Shown piece by piece: positions 11,056 to 26,869 of a stretch of 64,000 bases of DNA. A program made the translations under genes and the position numbers. Every line of letters starts with the position of its first letter. The first letter of the stretch is position 1. Source of the DNA: Eledone cirrhosa (lineage: Eukaryota); assembly GCA_964016885.1 (NCBI GenBank), contig OZ024752.1, positions 1,736,001 through 1,800,000 on the forward strand. The letters run 5' to 3'. The notes under the pieces were generated by a model, which saw only the letters and a list, made by a program, of their open reading frames with translations, searched no databases and was not told the DNA's origin.

Positions 11056-14000
11056 GGTGTCATCTTCAGAGTGAGCCATAAATTCAACATCGTCATCGTA
11101 CAGGAGTTCTCTAATTAATATTTGAAACACTTTGGATTTGAAATTGAACTTTCTTAGGTCAGATATCCTTCCTGTAGGTCTAACTTGAAATAGAACACCC
11201 TTTGCACAGTCCTGAAATTCATGAGTCAGCATCACAGCAAGATAATATTGAAAACAATGTGGGAGCCGGGATATCCGTTCAACACAACCTGAGCATTTAT
11301 ATTTCTGTGCAGTCGGACGAACAAACCAATAAACGTTGGTGGGCACCCTATTTTCCTAATATTTTCCACAGTGCACACCTCTGTTCATTGTATCAAAGGC
11401 CTTTGTCAGATCAACAAAAATCTAATACAGAGGAACCCGTAGCTCAATACATTTCTCATGAATCTGCCTTGCAGAGAAGATTATATCAATCGTCCCTCTG
11501 CCAGATCTATAGCCACTTTGTGATTCAAGGATTACTGTAGGAAAAATGTCCTCCATCAACCTGTTCAACAATAATATTGCAAGAACTTCGCAACAGAGTG
11601 ATGCCACGGTAGTGATCACAGATTCCTTCATCCCCTTTACCTTTAAACAATGTCACCAAGATACCATCTATCCAATCTTGTGGTATAGGAGCTCCAGCCC
11701 AGCACTCTGTGATGAGATTGAGTATTTTTTGAGTTATGCTCTTATTAACAACCTTTTACAATTCCACAGGGATTCCATCTGGTCCAGATGCCTTACACGT
11801 GTTTAATTGGTTGATGGCTATTTTAAACTCCTTATAACCCGGTAATCGATCCATTTTCAGATTTACAACACATTGGGGGGTGTCATCTAGCACATCATGA
11901 TCAACTAATGATGGATGGATTATCAAATATATGAGTAAAATGTTCTTGCCAACGCTTAAGGATTTTCTCCGATTCCTTGATGATATCAATGTCGTCTTTC
12001 GACCTTATAGGAACAATAGATGAATTATTGGACAATATACTGGCACAAAAGACTACCAAACAGTTTTGAATCCTTTGCACAATAAGCAACTTGAATTTCT
12101 TCAGAGATATTCAACCATCATTTATTTTTAAGCCTTCTCAGCTAGCATTGTAAGGTGGCTTTATATTCTTTATATATCTTTTTAATAGCAGTTAAATTCG
12201 TAGGGCACTCCCCCAGAAGAATTTCACGGAGAGCATGTTTTTTCTTTAATAGTTGGCTGGTAACCCGATAATATCATCAAACCAGTCTTTATGTTGCTTT
12301 TTCACAATGAATCCAAGTTATCCTGCTTCTGCTGTATACCTGGATCCCTGAAGTTTTTCCATGTTCCATCAAAATCAGTATTATTCAAATGTTTATTCAA
12401 AGCCCCAGGTACCTCTTGCTGTTTTAACCATCAATACGCTTCAGAGTTTTGATCCCACACATACGAGATTATTTCCAAATACGTAACTTCAATTTCCCCT
12501 AAACCAACATAGGGTATATGTTGCATTCTACACTACGGATGACGCACACCTTACAGACATCATTTAGGTCGCATCCCTGGGTTACTATGAAATCTAGCAT
12601 GTGGCCATATGTTGACCTGAGGCTTATCCAGGTAATGTTATGCTTCTTCTTTTGGCGGAATAATGTATTGCAAATAGCTAGGTTGAATTCTGAACAGCGC
12701 TGAAGCAGCTTCAAGCCAATGTCAATCATCTTACCGATGCCGTAATGGCCTAGTGCGTCCCATGTCTCGTGATCTCTACCAACTCGGGCATTAAAATCAC
12801 CAAGAAGGATCACTTTTTCTTCGACTGGAGTAGATGCAATTGTAGCACGAAGGGATTCAGAGAATGCCATAATACTTTCTTCACTGGCCTGAGAGTTGGA
12901 CATAAACCGGCAGAAAGGTTGCACATCACCGACATGCAACTTCATTATATGGTCACTGATTCTAAATGCTCTGCTAGTGTTTCTCGCACTGCAAAACCGA
13001 CACCACCATCTCACCGTTCTCCTTTTGGTTTCCCTGTCCAGAAAAGTATGAAACCTGATGATGCTTCAGTCAGCTGATCACACCCTGACAGACGTGTTTC
13101 TGACAAGTATACAATATCTATATTTAATCTTGGAGTTTCTTTGTTATCAGTGCGGTTCTTCTTTCTGGTCAGTTCTATGAGTTTTGGTCCAGGAGGGTTC
13201 TGACATTCCAGAAGCAAATATGTAGTTTGATTCGATTCTTCATTAATGATTTACTTTGTAATTCACTTTTTCTTTTCCTGCTTCAATGAACTGCCGATAG
13301 CCGCAGTAAACTACCCAACGTTGATGTGACAGGCAATTTTCTATGCCCCTTTTCTAGCAGCTGATAGTGCTCTTCCTGATAGGACTGCTCAGGCACAGGA
13401 GTCTCCACCAGAGTTACAGGAAGATATAACAACGATGATCTGATAAGACCCCTGCCGCCTATGTGTAGATTTGCAACTATATGCTTCCAACTGGTCAGGT
13501 GTGCACGCATCACCACTCCTCCATCGCCTTAGGTCTTTCAGCTGTAAAAATGACAGGAGAAAGATAAAAAAAGAGACATCTGTACATTATTGGATTATAG
13601 TGGCAAACACTTGTACTATACGAAATATGAAGTATGAAATGAAATTCCATCTGTTGATATTTATTGAAATACTTAATATAGTCGCTTAGAAGTCGCATAA
13701 ATATGTTACTATGATGTAAATGTTTGAATTGTTGTGTTAGTTGTCTACCATAACGAGTTATACTGTAATTATAATTACTCTGTACTTGAGAGATTGAGTG
13801 GAATATAAGATTTTGAGTTCAAATTTTAGAATCCATGACGTGTCCGAAACCTTGCAAACATTGAATTTGTTTTTCATTTGAAATTGCTATCACCTGTACA
13901 AGATAAGCAGTAGGCAGCCAGCAGGTAATGAAAGGAGTTAATGCAAATGAGTACTGCGACTAATAAACGTACATTTCTTCTTCTTCTTCTCCTTCTTCTG

Positions 14001-14329
14001 CCACTACTGCTGCTGCTACTACTATTATTGGCTGTCAGACAGTGAAGACGTATTTTTTGTGAGCTCCAAAAGGTAGTGTGTTTCAAGATTTTTGTAATTG
14101 TATTACTTGCTTTATTTTTTACAAAAAGGTTCGTAAGACTTCCGTCTTTGCCCCTGTGAAGGGGAGAAGCTATTATATTTAGGCCTTTTGGCCCAAACAT
14201 TTCAACTTTGTATGAACAATTTTTTTCTGAAATAAAAAAAATAACATGGCTGGGCCCCCCCCCCCCCCCCCCAACATTAAGTCTGCTATCAGCAGCTTAA
14301 ACGTTGAGAGGAGGGATACGGCAGGCACA

Positions 14330-14535
14330 AAAATATATACCACAGACACTTATAGCAACAACAAATTTAGCAACACCACCACAAACAATATGAACAACGA
14401 TAGCGGCAACAGCAACAGTGAGAATACTAATGTAAAAAACAAAAACGACAACATTTGTAACAGCGACAACAAAACCACAGACAACAGAAACAATGACAGC
14501 AAAATAAGGATAACAGCAGCAACATCAACAAAAGG
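14330..14535. repeat. Degenerate (AAC)n-like low-complexity tract
   Basis: AAC/AGC/GAC trinucleotide periodicity. Confidence 0.7.
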
Positions 14536-14719
14536 AGTACTTTCGCGGTCACAGTAGCAAAATGCCAAACGCTGCATAACCTGACCTTAGAGAAAAAAGA
14601 ACTTTTGGCCCTAGCGGAAACACTTTATTACAAGAGAGAAAAGCTAGGCCAATTTAAACGTAAGAAGTAATGGCAGCATAGGAGAGGATAATTCTAAAAT
14701 GTCGATGCATTACTCTCAA

Positions 14720-17700
14720 ATCCCAAAAAGCCAAGAATGCCTCCGAAAGTTAGGAAGAGGCAGGACTGATATGCATCGAGTAGGCTCCTAAAGGGGTTCC
14801 CAATGGAAACCCCACAAACCATAGAAGTCAATCAACCCGATCGACACAAAACTCTAGGAGGTAAGTAAATGTTTCCGCTCTCCTTTAGCCTGCCACCATG
14901 GTCATATTAGGAGTATGATGTGCAGGTTTTCGTGACCTGGGGTCGCCCTGGAAGAAGGGTCACCTGCTCAACGACCTCAGGTCTTTAGAAATGGATGTAA
15001 TTGCCGTCAGCGTGACTAGGATTTCCGGCACGTGCAATCTAGATCTTCGGATGTGTTAGGTGGCCGGGAATGGGAGGTGGGGTGGCAGTGCTGTTTAGGA
15101 AAGGCCTGGAAGGCGAGTATAAGGTCGATCTTCCGCGACACGGATAGTAGGTTGGTGGTCCTGGATGTGAACAATAGCGAATATTCTCCGTTTTAAAACA
15201 GTCGCCTATTAAGATCACACGCTTGTGATATGTATGGTCAACCTAGATAAGACGGGTAGGTTACGACCTGGTTACTAGAAGCTTAACATGTCGTTTCAGG
15301 CGCGTAAGACTTACAGGGACCGCCTAAACTACTAGTTAAACAAAAGTTGATGAGATGGGGGATCGTCAACAGCGGGCGCGGGGTTCTCAAAAAGAGTTTA
15401 GAATAATTTCGACAGGGTTTAAAGAAGTAACGTTAGAGAAAAATAGAAAAGAGGGGGAGCTATTAACTAATTAGACGAGGCTATTTGTAGTGGCATTGCA
15501 ATTGACGTGCTAGTGGTGAGAGGCTTTAGACCATATCTTCACTGTGAAACACGAAGGTTGCATTGTCAGATCTAAGGCGAGTGCTCTGAGAATCGAGGGA
15601 ATCAAAACTGTTCTATGGGCCAGCGTGGCAGAGGTGCAACGTGGTAATAAAACGACAATTCGGTTTTGACGGGCTGAGACGGACAGATGTTCGATTTCAA
15701 GTGGATGGGTGAGGCCTTTGGCGAACACTTTGCTCGGTTGTTCGGGGCGAGTGGTGGATCAGAGACGGTAGCGGATATCAGTCCCTACCTCGAGGGCTGG
15801 GCGCGCCGCTCGACGGCAGACGCTGAGTGCTGCGAAAGGCCGATCACTTAAGCCGACATGCCCTTGTCGGCTTGTTCCCCGATCACCTCGAAGCGCTTAA
15901 CTGCAACTGGCAGCACAACGGGAGTATTCCCAGTACTGTGAGCCAAGGCGTAGTGATGCTCAAAAGGAAAGGCGAGAACAAGAGCGGCACATTAGATAAC
16001 TTCAGGCCCATAACACTGCTCAACACAGAGTTTAAGATGTTGGCCAAGGTGTTATCGAAGAGACTTTTACTTGTCTTCGAAGACTTCGCTGGGGAGGCGC
16101 AAACGTGCGAAATTCCGACCAGCTCCTTACAGGACAGCCTCCACCTCATGTGATGCATCACAGAGAGGGTAGGGTGTAAACTTGGCTTCGGGTGGGCTCT
16201 GATCAATTCAGATTAATCGAAAGCATTCGATAGGGTCGATCATTGGTACCAAGAAGCTGTCCTCAAGGCAGCTGGCTTTGACCCCGTCTTGAGAAGCTCT
16301 ATCACTGCAATGTACAGCGGTATCTGTTCGGTGGTGAAAGTTAATGGCCACCTCTCGGAACCATTTCCGAACTCCCGATCGGGCCGTCAAGGGTGCCCTT
16401 TCTCCTCTCTTCTGTACGTATTGACGCTATTCCCTTTACTGCGGAAGCTGCAGCTGCTTCGGGGCTTCCTGCTCAAACCGGGACGCGGAAAGGCTATGTC
16501 GGCTTATGCGAACGACATCGCTTGATGGTATCGGACACCTCGGGGTTCGAGGTGGTCATCACCTAATTGGAGGAATATGAAAGATTGACGGAAATTGAAA
16601 ATTACGTGGAATAATCGGCGGGCTTGCAACTCGGCACCTGGAGAAGCAAGTCTATGCTGTCCAACAGCGTCGTTAGGCTGTGTACGGCTGGACCGGTAAA
16701 GTAGCCCCAGGTTTGTTTCGGACAAGGACTCCAGTTGGATAGGAATAGGGATGAGATGTCGGCCAGGGTAGCCAGTCTCAGGGGCTGCGAGAAAGCTATC
16801 ACTGAAAGGTCGAGTGGAGGTGGCGAATACGTACATCGCGTCCGTCATCTACGACCACCTGACCGTCGTGTCTTTCCCCCGTCCGCACCTCACCAAGTTG
16901 GAACGGCTACTCTTCAAATTATTGTGGTGGGGATGGGTTCCTTTGATGAGGCAGTCCATCTACTACAACCATCCTATACGCGGAGGGCTGGGCATGCTGT
17001 GGCTAATGATACACAGGCATACGCTGAGGCTGCGGCTTCTCCAGATATTCGGCCTAAATGGTGAACAGATGTGGTCACCATTTGGCAGACGGGCCTTTCC
17101 GCAGCACGTCTCTTTGGCTGAGATCTGAGAGAGGCTATGGGCGCCGACGAAGTCCAATTAACCAGTCTGTTCCGGAGGACTTTTATGCGACGTTCGATGG
17201 AACATTTAAACAAATCTTTCGCTTGGCAGTGCTACCGGGCACTGCTGGTTCGAGGTAAAACTTTCAGGCACCGAAGTGTTGTCAGACGGACCTGCTCGAG
17301 ATGAGCGCAGAGCGACAACACTTTTCTGCGTGCACTCGTCCAGTGTCCGTGCATTACTGACTTGTGGAGTTATGTCGAACAGCTGTTGTCGCATGTAGAA
17401 CGGATCCAGCTATCGACCGAGTTCGTAGTGAAGATCGATCATCCGCCTCCTTTGGGCCAGGAAAGGCAGCACTTTTTCTCTGTCTGGTGGCAGTAGCGAA
17501 AGACGTTGCGTGGTGTACTGAAGGCAGACACTTTATTCTTGGGCCAATCTCTCATTAATTTTTTCAAATTTCACTTGGAAAGGAAGGTGACTGTGGGGAG
17601 AGAAGTGCTGGCCCACCACCCTCAGTACATTTGCTGAAAGGTGAGTGAATGTGGTGAGAGTGTCCCGTGTGATATGGCCTACTCTGATCATGCACCTGTA

Positions 17701-17937
17701 GGCTGGTGAATTTGCGGAGTAGAGGGGTGACCTTCCCTAGTGCCCTCGAAGCGTCGCGTGGTTAAGGTTTGGTGGGGTACCTGAGTCAACCCTGGGGAAT
17801 TTAAATTGTTGTATTTTACTTGTTTATTGTTATTGTCTTCCTATTTTTTTCACTCGATTTTCGTGTAAAACCTACACTGTACTCGTCTATTGTATTGTCC
17901 CCTATATATCGGCCCTTGTGGCCAATAAATGAAACCA
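14720..17937 (+). mobile_element. Decayed L1/Tx1-clade LINE (ORF2 remnant to poly(A) signal)
   Basis: DNFRPITLLNTEFKMLAK, KAFDRVDH, GRQGCPFS.LLY, SAYAND, GGLGM motifs across broken frames; 3' end GGCCCTTGTGGCCAATAAATGAAA. Confidence 0.85.
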
Positions 17938-18876
17938 TTAATATTCTTGTCATTCTTTCTTCTCCTCCTCATTCTCCTTATTCCTTCTTCTTCTTTTTTT
18001 CTTTTTCTTTTTCTTATTTTTCTTCATTTATTTATTTATTTATTTATTGAACATTTCGAATATTCTATAACATCTTTGGAATGTAAATTTTCCCCAAAGG
18101 TTTAATACATTTTCCTTACAAATGAATGTTTACTCATTTAAATATTTTCAGTATTTCGCAACTTTTAATTATGAATCAAATGCATATTGAAGACATTTTT
18201 TATACCTAATATATAACAGCATATAATTGATAAATTCTTTAGAATTGTCTTTTAAATCTCGGCGGCAAGTGTGTGTACTATTTTAGGATTCACGTAATGT
18301 AATTCCTATAATTATGACGATGAGCATCACTTTGTTTAAATCGTATAAATATTTCAGCGTTCTGATTTCAGAGCTGATGTTTTTCATTTATTTCTCAAAC
18401 AGTCAGTTCTCATCAAAATTTGCTTTCAACTATTTACTTCACTTCTTAATTACAATTCTTTCTGCTTATAGAGTTTCGTTCATCTCTCGATATAGCTGCT
18501 AACTATCATCACATCGCCTCACTCATATAACAAAATTACAACCTCCACAATAGCAATATTAACATCATTATCTAATCTTAATTTGTCAAGATTAATTTAA
18601 ATTACTTAAATATATTTCCTTTCAAATGCAGTGCCTTTCAATAGCAGTCGATTTCTTATAAGATTTATCGCAAAATATCAAAAATACAATTTGAATACGG
18701 GTGCAGCAATAGCTCATGAATCAGATCATATTTTTATTTAGGACGATCCAGCACATGAATAATTATATTGATAAAAATTCCAAAGCAAAGAACATTTCGT
18801 AGGCGTAAAAAATATTTCCATTAAGCTCTAATTCACTAATAAATATCATTTCTCGGGTCCGACAATATCCGTTCAA

Positions 18877-19110
18877 ATTTCTGGCAATATTATAACAATA
18901 TGACCCTCCCCAAATATAACAATATTTGTTTCTTCACACTATTTCATATAAAAAACCTTGCAAAACAAATTCATCGCCGTCATGGCACCAGCCTATGCCA
19001 AGCTGAAAGGTTATTCAAAGACACTGTTTTCTGTTATCACCAAACAGTGAGTGTGTTCTGTTATTATTTCTGATAATATTATAACAATATGACCATCCCC
19101 GAGTATAACT
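18877..19110 (+). mobile_element. Tandem terminal fragments of the PLE family ending at 50762 (one with tail, one tail-less)
   Basis: ATGACCCTCCCCAAATATAACAATAT...CTTGCAAAACAAATTCA (18877-18973) matches 50682-50755; 19066-19110 repeats the tail-less part. Confidence 0.65.
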
Positions 19111-19147
19111 ATATATATAACTATATATATAACTATATATATATATA

Positions 19148-19202
<55 letters not shown>

Positions 19203-19212
19203 AGGCGTATAT

Positions 19213-19320
19213 ACATTATATCGAATATTAATATTAATATTTGATGCGTTTGTAAACAAACGGCTCGTTTAAACTGTGCCGTGCCGATATCAAATTGTCA
19301 TCCGTTTTTCAACACTGGCA
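19213..19320. repeat. Unclassified dispersed repeat, family C (copy 1)
   Basis: Reverse-complement similarity to 26139-26240 (TATCGAATATTAATATT...TTTGTAAACAAA...AAATTGTC...TTCAAC.CTGGCAT). Confidence 0.7.
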
Positions 19321-19524
19321 TTGAGGACTATCAACATGTTTTGGGATCATTGCCCCTCTTCTGGACTGTATACCTCTGCCCATCTGTTGAACGGTTGAAA
19401 ATAGATTGTATTTCCTTAACTACACATCGGCTGAGCGACTTACGGCTGGCCATGCCGAAACTAGAAAAAAAAATAGAATTTTATTTCTCGCCCTAACACA
19501 GCTGATACAGATATATATAAGTAT

Positions 19525-19683
19525 GCATACGTACCCACATACACCCACATACACACACACACACCGTCTCACGCACGCACTCGCACACGCACTCACACGC
19601 GCACTCACACACATACACACCCACATACATACACACACACATGCCCACATACACACACATACACACACACACACAAACACACA
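19525..19683. repeat. Imperfect (CA)n microsatellite
   Basis: Directly visible. Confidence 0.9.
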
Positions 19684-20310
19684 AGTTAAAAACTCACGAA
19701 AATATACCGAGCGGAAAATTGTTTTTTTATTTGGAGAAAATTAAGAAGTTCAAAGTACAGTTTAGCTGTCTACGTGCATTGTTCATAGAAATATTGTTGA
19801 GCCCCTTCTTTTCATACTTCTCTGGAGTAAATGTGAAAGTGAAAGCCACAGGTTAAATTGGCAGAAGGTTTCAGTGCCATAGCAGTAAGGCCTAGGCTAC
19901 TTACCTCAAACAGTTCATTCGTACTCTTTCCAATAAGTTACTCTTTCTCTCTATCCCTCTCGCTGCAGTCCCTTGCGAATTTCTGGCGTAGGCCTGGTGT
20001 AGATTTACACCCGATCCATCTGCCCGATGCACATGTCCGCTCTGTACGGCTTTTGGAGGAAGAAATGACCAGCAGTACGTTGTTCGGTATTATTACGAAA
20101 AGGTGTAGCAGAGAATCCCGCGTGAACTAAAAGCTGGGGAAGAAACTGCTTACCTCGAACATTCATTTGCCATCGTTCTTGTCAATGCTCCGTTTAGTTG
20201 GTATTTGTTGGTCTACAGTTAGATGAATGGCACACAAAGGGTTAATGTTTATTGGCAGGAAGTGCAACTGGGCTGGCTTGCCTCGCTTATATTATATATT
20301 AAAATAACAG

Positions 20311-20499
20311 ATAAAAGTTTAAGCAAAGAATCGCTGCTTTCACCCTTCACAGGATCTTCTGAAACTAAAAAGGTCAATCTGAGAACGCAGAAGTAAATAT
20401 TTCGAAAAACGTTGCAACCGAAGGAAAACAGGAAGACGATATTTTGGTTCGTGAAGACGTTCCCTGGCAATGAACGGAAAATAGCGAACATAATACGTC
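20311..20499. repeat. Dispersed repeat family B (copy 2)
   Basis: Matches 3440-3628. Confidence 0.85.
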
Positions 20500-20502
20500 A
20501 TT

Positions 20503-20576
20503 AATTGTTTCTACTTTAGGCACAAGGCCAGCAATTAGCCAGTGCATTACTGGTACTTTATTTTATCGACCCCGTA
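20503..20576 (-). mobile_element. SINE family 1, 3' fragment
   Basis: AATTGTTTCTACTTTAGGCACAAGGCCAGCAATT...TTTTATCGACCCCGTAA = revcomp of the 3' half of 29716-29903. Confidence 0.8.
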
Positions 20577-20774
20577 ATGTTTGTCAGAATGTCGTAATGC
20601 TGACAGCCAGGCATGCAGACAGATATTATAAGGGCGTGACGGAGATGGATAACCGGTGCCTAACACCCTTTTACCAACAGAAAATTGAAAAATAAAAGCT
20701 GCAGTTAATAGATTTAGACCACAATGAATATAATAATGCAAGTTTGAAGTCAATCGGAGTAGAAATGTGGATGT

Positions 20775-21555
<781 letters not shown>

Positions 21556-21557
21556 AT

Positions 21558-22228
21558 AGTATTTACGTATCGAGAAAGAGAGAAAAAGGAGGGATAGGTG
21601 ATACATATAGTTATTTGCCAAGTAGCGTATGCCAAAGGTGCTCGATACTAGTGCCGGCAGTATTAAATATTTGAAGTGTTAATATTTAGTGGGCTAGAGA
21701 GTTAACAGAGCGTAAGCACGTGGGAAAGTAAAAACCGGAGAATAGACCGTTAAAACATGTTTATTTAAAATATCACCTACGTACGTTTCGCCCAGTTGGG
21801 CTTCTCAAGGGCATAAATAATCACAAGTGCTCCTTATATAGTTCGGAAAGAGTTTTGGGGGTTAAATCTACATCAAGATTCATTGCTCGCAAAAATATCT
21901 TGTTTTGATTTTGCAGCAGGTCAAGGGAGGTAACTCTGGCCGGTGTTAGGGCAGTCTTTCCCGGATAATTTATTTATTTATTTTTTTTTTTTCGCCGCAT
22001 CGGTTTGTCTGATGCTGGGTCTGGTATGCAAGGATTGTTTTCTGGGTGTTATTTTGCTGCGCCTGCCCACCGGGGTGTTAAGACTTGTTGCAGGGAGATC
22101 CAGTGTACTATTTCACTCTTCATTCTTAACCCATCTAAAGAAGGATATTTTTAAGCCATGTGTACAACTTATCGCTGTTTCAGCTCTGCTGTTGATGAGC
22201 TCGTGGGGTGCAGTTATGATATGGTAGA
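21558..22228 (-). mobile_element. Penelope-like element 3' fragment (GIY-YIG C-terminus + pLTR with HHR + tail)
   Basis: Minus frame [29 protein letters not shown] resembles HNIIFSNRNLLNKKSEVFATCQHRLRHSF of the 33816 ORF; followed by AGAGTTACCTCCC, TATATAAG and an HHR. Flanked by (TA)n on both sides. Confidence 0.7.
21776..21811 (-). ncRNA. Minimal type I hammerhead ribozyme, U3-A8 core variant
   Basis: Minus strand CC-TTGAGAA-GCCC(AACT)GGGC-GAAA-CGTACG-TA-GG: palindromic helix III ACGTACGT, GUA cleavage triplet, very short helix I. Confidence 0.65.
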
Positions 22229-22229
22229 T

Positions 22230-24210
<1,981 letters not shown>

Positions 24211-24214
24211 AATT

Positions 24215-24790
24215 AGCGAGAATCGTTTTCAGCTCAGGAATTAACGAAAATCAACGTCCGATATGTGTGGCAAGCGCTCGATGAATCATATGAATCAGAG
24301 CTACAACATACGTTAAGGGCCAAACACACTGAGATGATGGTTAAACATATCATCCGCACAGCCAAAACAAAACGACCAAGTAATTCGGGTCAAACAATAA
24401 AAATATATGTGTTGTTTCCCGGACCCTGGACTGATGGTAAAATCCAGTATTGGTTTCTGCGACTCCAAATCAGGTACTGTCCGCCTACATAAAGAGTGTT
24501 GGGCTTCTGGTGAGATGATGAACAAGGCAGTCGTGTTTTCAACGGGTTTTGCTCCAATATGCTATAGATAGTGTAGCTATTACTGACCCCTCGTGGGATT
24601 CAGCAAGGGAGGTAACACCTCTATTAAGCGAATGATTCAGTTGTGTATTATTGCGAGAATGCAAAATATCACAAATCGAATTAAAGCTCTCAACAGAATG
24701 GTTAAATATAACAGAGCCATTCAACAGTCAATATATGTAACTGAAAAAAATCAATAAAATTAACTGCTCAATAGCTAGACTCTGGAGATT
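24215..24790. repeat. Dispersed repeat family A (copy 2)
   Basis: Collinear with 2860-3400; flanked by (TA)n on both sides. Confidence 0.7.
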
Positions 24791-24806
24791 AATACAAATA
24801 TAATAC

Positions 24807-25152
<346 letters not shown>

Positions 25153-25186
25153 ATATATATATATACATGTATATATATATATATAT

Positions 25187-25232
<46 letters not shown>

Positions 25233-25399
25233 GTATATATATTTATACATATATGTATATATTAGAAAGTGAGTTTTTTTTACAAATTGAAAAATAACCG
25301 AGGAGTCCTAGACGAGTGAAAGTATAAAGAAAAAGAGATGAAATCGAAAATGCAACTGGAGTCTTATTTAAAAAAAAAATATATATATTTATTTGGTTC

Positions 25400-25435
25400 C
25401 TTTACCGGTTTCGCAGTTCTTCTGCTTTTCAAAAG
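25400..25435 (-). ncRNA. Minimal type I HHR, U3-A8 variant (inverted copy)
   Basis: Exact reverse complement of 25484-25519. Confidence 0.65.
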
Positions 25436-25483
25436 TAGAGTTGAGATGGAGGGTCTGTGGTTTTTCCCTCCATTTCAACTCTA

Positions 25484-25519
25484 CTTTTGAAAAGCAGAAG
25501 AACTGCGAAACCGGTAAAG
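25484..25519 (+). ncRNA. Minimal type I HHR, U3-A8 variant
   Basis: CTT-TTGAAAA-GCAG(AAGAA)CTGC-GAAA-CCGG-TA-AAG: palindromic helix III ACCGGT, GUA triplet. Confidence 0.65.
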
Positions 25520-25611
25520 GAACCAAATATATATATATATATTTAAAAAAAAAATAAGACTCCAGTTGCATTTTCGATTTCATCTCTTTTTCTGTATATA
25601 TATACATATAT

Positions 25612-25685
<74 letters not shown>

Positions 25686-25687
<2 letters not shown>

Positions 25688-26061
25688 AGTAAGAATATTT
25701 TCGAAATAGCGAGTGGGTTTGAAATTATTAGAAATGTAACCTATCGCCGTAATTTGTAAAAGAAATTGAAGAAATTATTTAGCCTGATAGTTAAGAACCC
25801 TCGGAGAAATGGAAAAAGATGAATATTGACGTACATGGGAGTCGAACCAACATCTTTGTTTATCCGGACCACTATGCAACCATTTACGGGTGATGTATTG
25901 GTGTAAATGGTAGCACAGTGGTCCGGATAACCAAAGATGTGGGTTCGACTCTCATGTACGTCAATATTCATCATTTTCCATTTCTCCGAGGGTTCTTAAC
26001 CCCACTAAAAGGCTAAATAATTTCTTTAATTTCTTTAGTCCAAATACGGCGATAGGTTACA

Positions 26062-26070
<9 letters not shown>
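25686..26070. mobile_element. Fold-back hairpin + tail element with a tRNA-derived head
   Basis: Arms 25726-25887 / 25903-26070 (imperfect), tail 25686-25725, embedded in (TA)n. Confidence 0.85.
25892..25963 (+). pseudogene. tRNA-like cloverleaf (SINE head, not a functional tRNA)
   Basis: GATGTAT-TG-GTGT(AAATGGTA)GCAC-A-GTGGT(CCGGATA)ACCAA-AGAT-GTGGG(TTCGACT)CTCAT-GTACGTC-A. A and B boxes present; C at position 33 and several G-U pairs argue against a functional tRNA. Confidence 0.75.
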
Positions 26071-26125
<55 letters not shown>

Positions 26126-26138
26126 ACATATGTACATA

Positions 26139-26240
26139 TGCCAGAGTTGAATAAACGCACGACAATTTATCATCAGCATGGTACAGCTTTGATCCGGCCT
26201 TTTGTTTACAAATGAATCAAATATTAATATTCGATATAAC
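26139..26240. repeat. Dispersed repeat family C (copy 2)
   Basis: Revcomp similarity to 19213-19320. Confidence 0.7.
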
Positions 26241-26276
26241 ACATACGTACACATGTATCTGTGTGTGTATATGTAT

Positions 26277-26307
<31 letters not shown>

Positions 26308-26320
26308 CACACACACACAC

Positions 26321-26354
<34 letters not shown>

Positions 26355-26364
<10 letters not shown>

Positions 26365-26676
26365 AGACCAAAAGATGGTTAAAAGAGTTCCATGTATTTT
26401 ATTATGCGCATTTCAAAAACAAATATCATCATGCAATAATATGTGTTTTTATCAGATAAAATAGGAAGACATGATATGAAGGTTAAAAAACACTTGTGGA
26501 TAGTGCAGTTTTAAATCAACATATTTGTTTTTGAAATGCGCATAATAAAATACATGGAACTCTTTTAACCATCTTTCGGTCTTATATATTATGTATACTC
26601 CAGTCCTACAAACTGTAGAGTGCTTCTTATGCGATATCTGCATTGCTTTATTGTACTACAATAAAACTCACCTCCT

Positions 26677-26680
<4 letters not shown>
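26355..26680. mobile_element. Fold-back hairpin + tail element, family D (copy 1)
   Basis: Arms 26355-26426 / 26521-26592 (1 mismatch), tail 26593-26680; same outer end and tail as 44446-44603. Confidence 0.85.
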
Positions 26681-26753
<73 letters not shown>

Positions 26754-26869
26754 CGTGCGTGTGTGTACGTATATATATGTCTGTGTTGTGTGTGTGTGTA
26801 CTTGTGCATACTTACATTTATGTATCAGCCGTGCTCGGGCATGAAATAAATTAGAATTTTATTTTTAGT

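Larger units (their letters stand above)
9375..13520 (-). mobile_element. Near full-length decayed RTE-clade LINE (second family): APE endonuclease, RT, C-terminal C2H2 fingers
   Basis: IVYLSETRL, LLGDFNARVG and HMLDFIV (APE); KASGPDGIPVE, ESQSGYRSGRGTID and RELLYDDD (RT); CEVCGRLLLSKSGYITHLKSH (ZnF). Many stops and frameshifts. Confidence 0.9.
25260..25598. mobile_element. Fold-back hairpin + tail element with an HHR in each arm
   Basis: Arms about 25323-25453 / 25466-25598, tail to the left, (TA)n on both flanks. Confidence 0.85.

Noticed and set aside
14246-14557. Pro/Asn-rich 103-aa ORF
   Set aside because: Arises from a poly-C run and a degenerate (AAC)n tract; no domain or splice evidence.
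25892-25963. Functional tRNA-Ser(GGA)
   Set aside because: C at position 33, anticodon-stem mismatch, no long variable arm, no immediate poly-T terminator, and it sits inside a repeat; treated as a SINE head.
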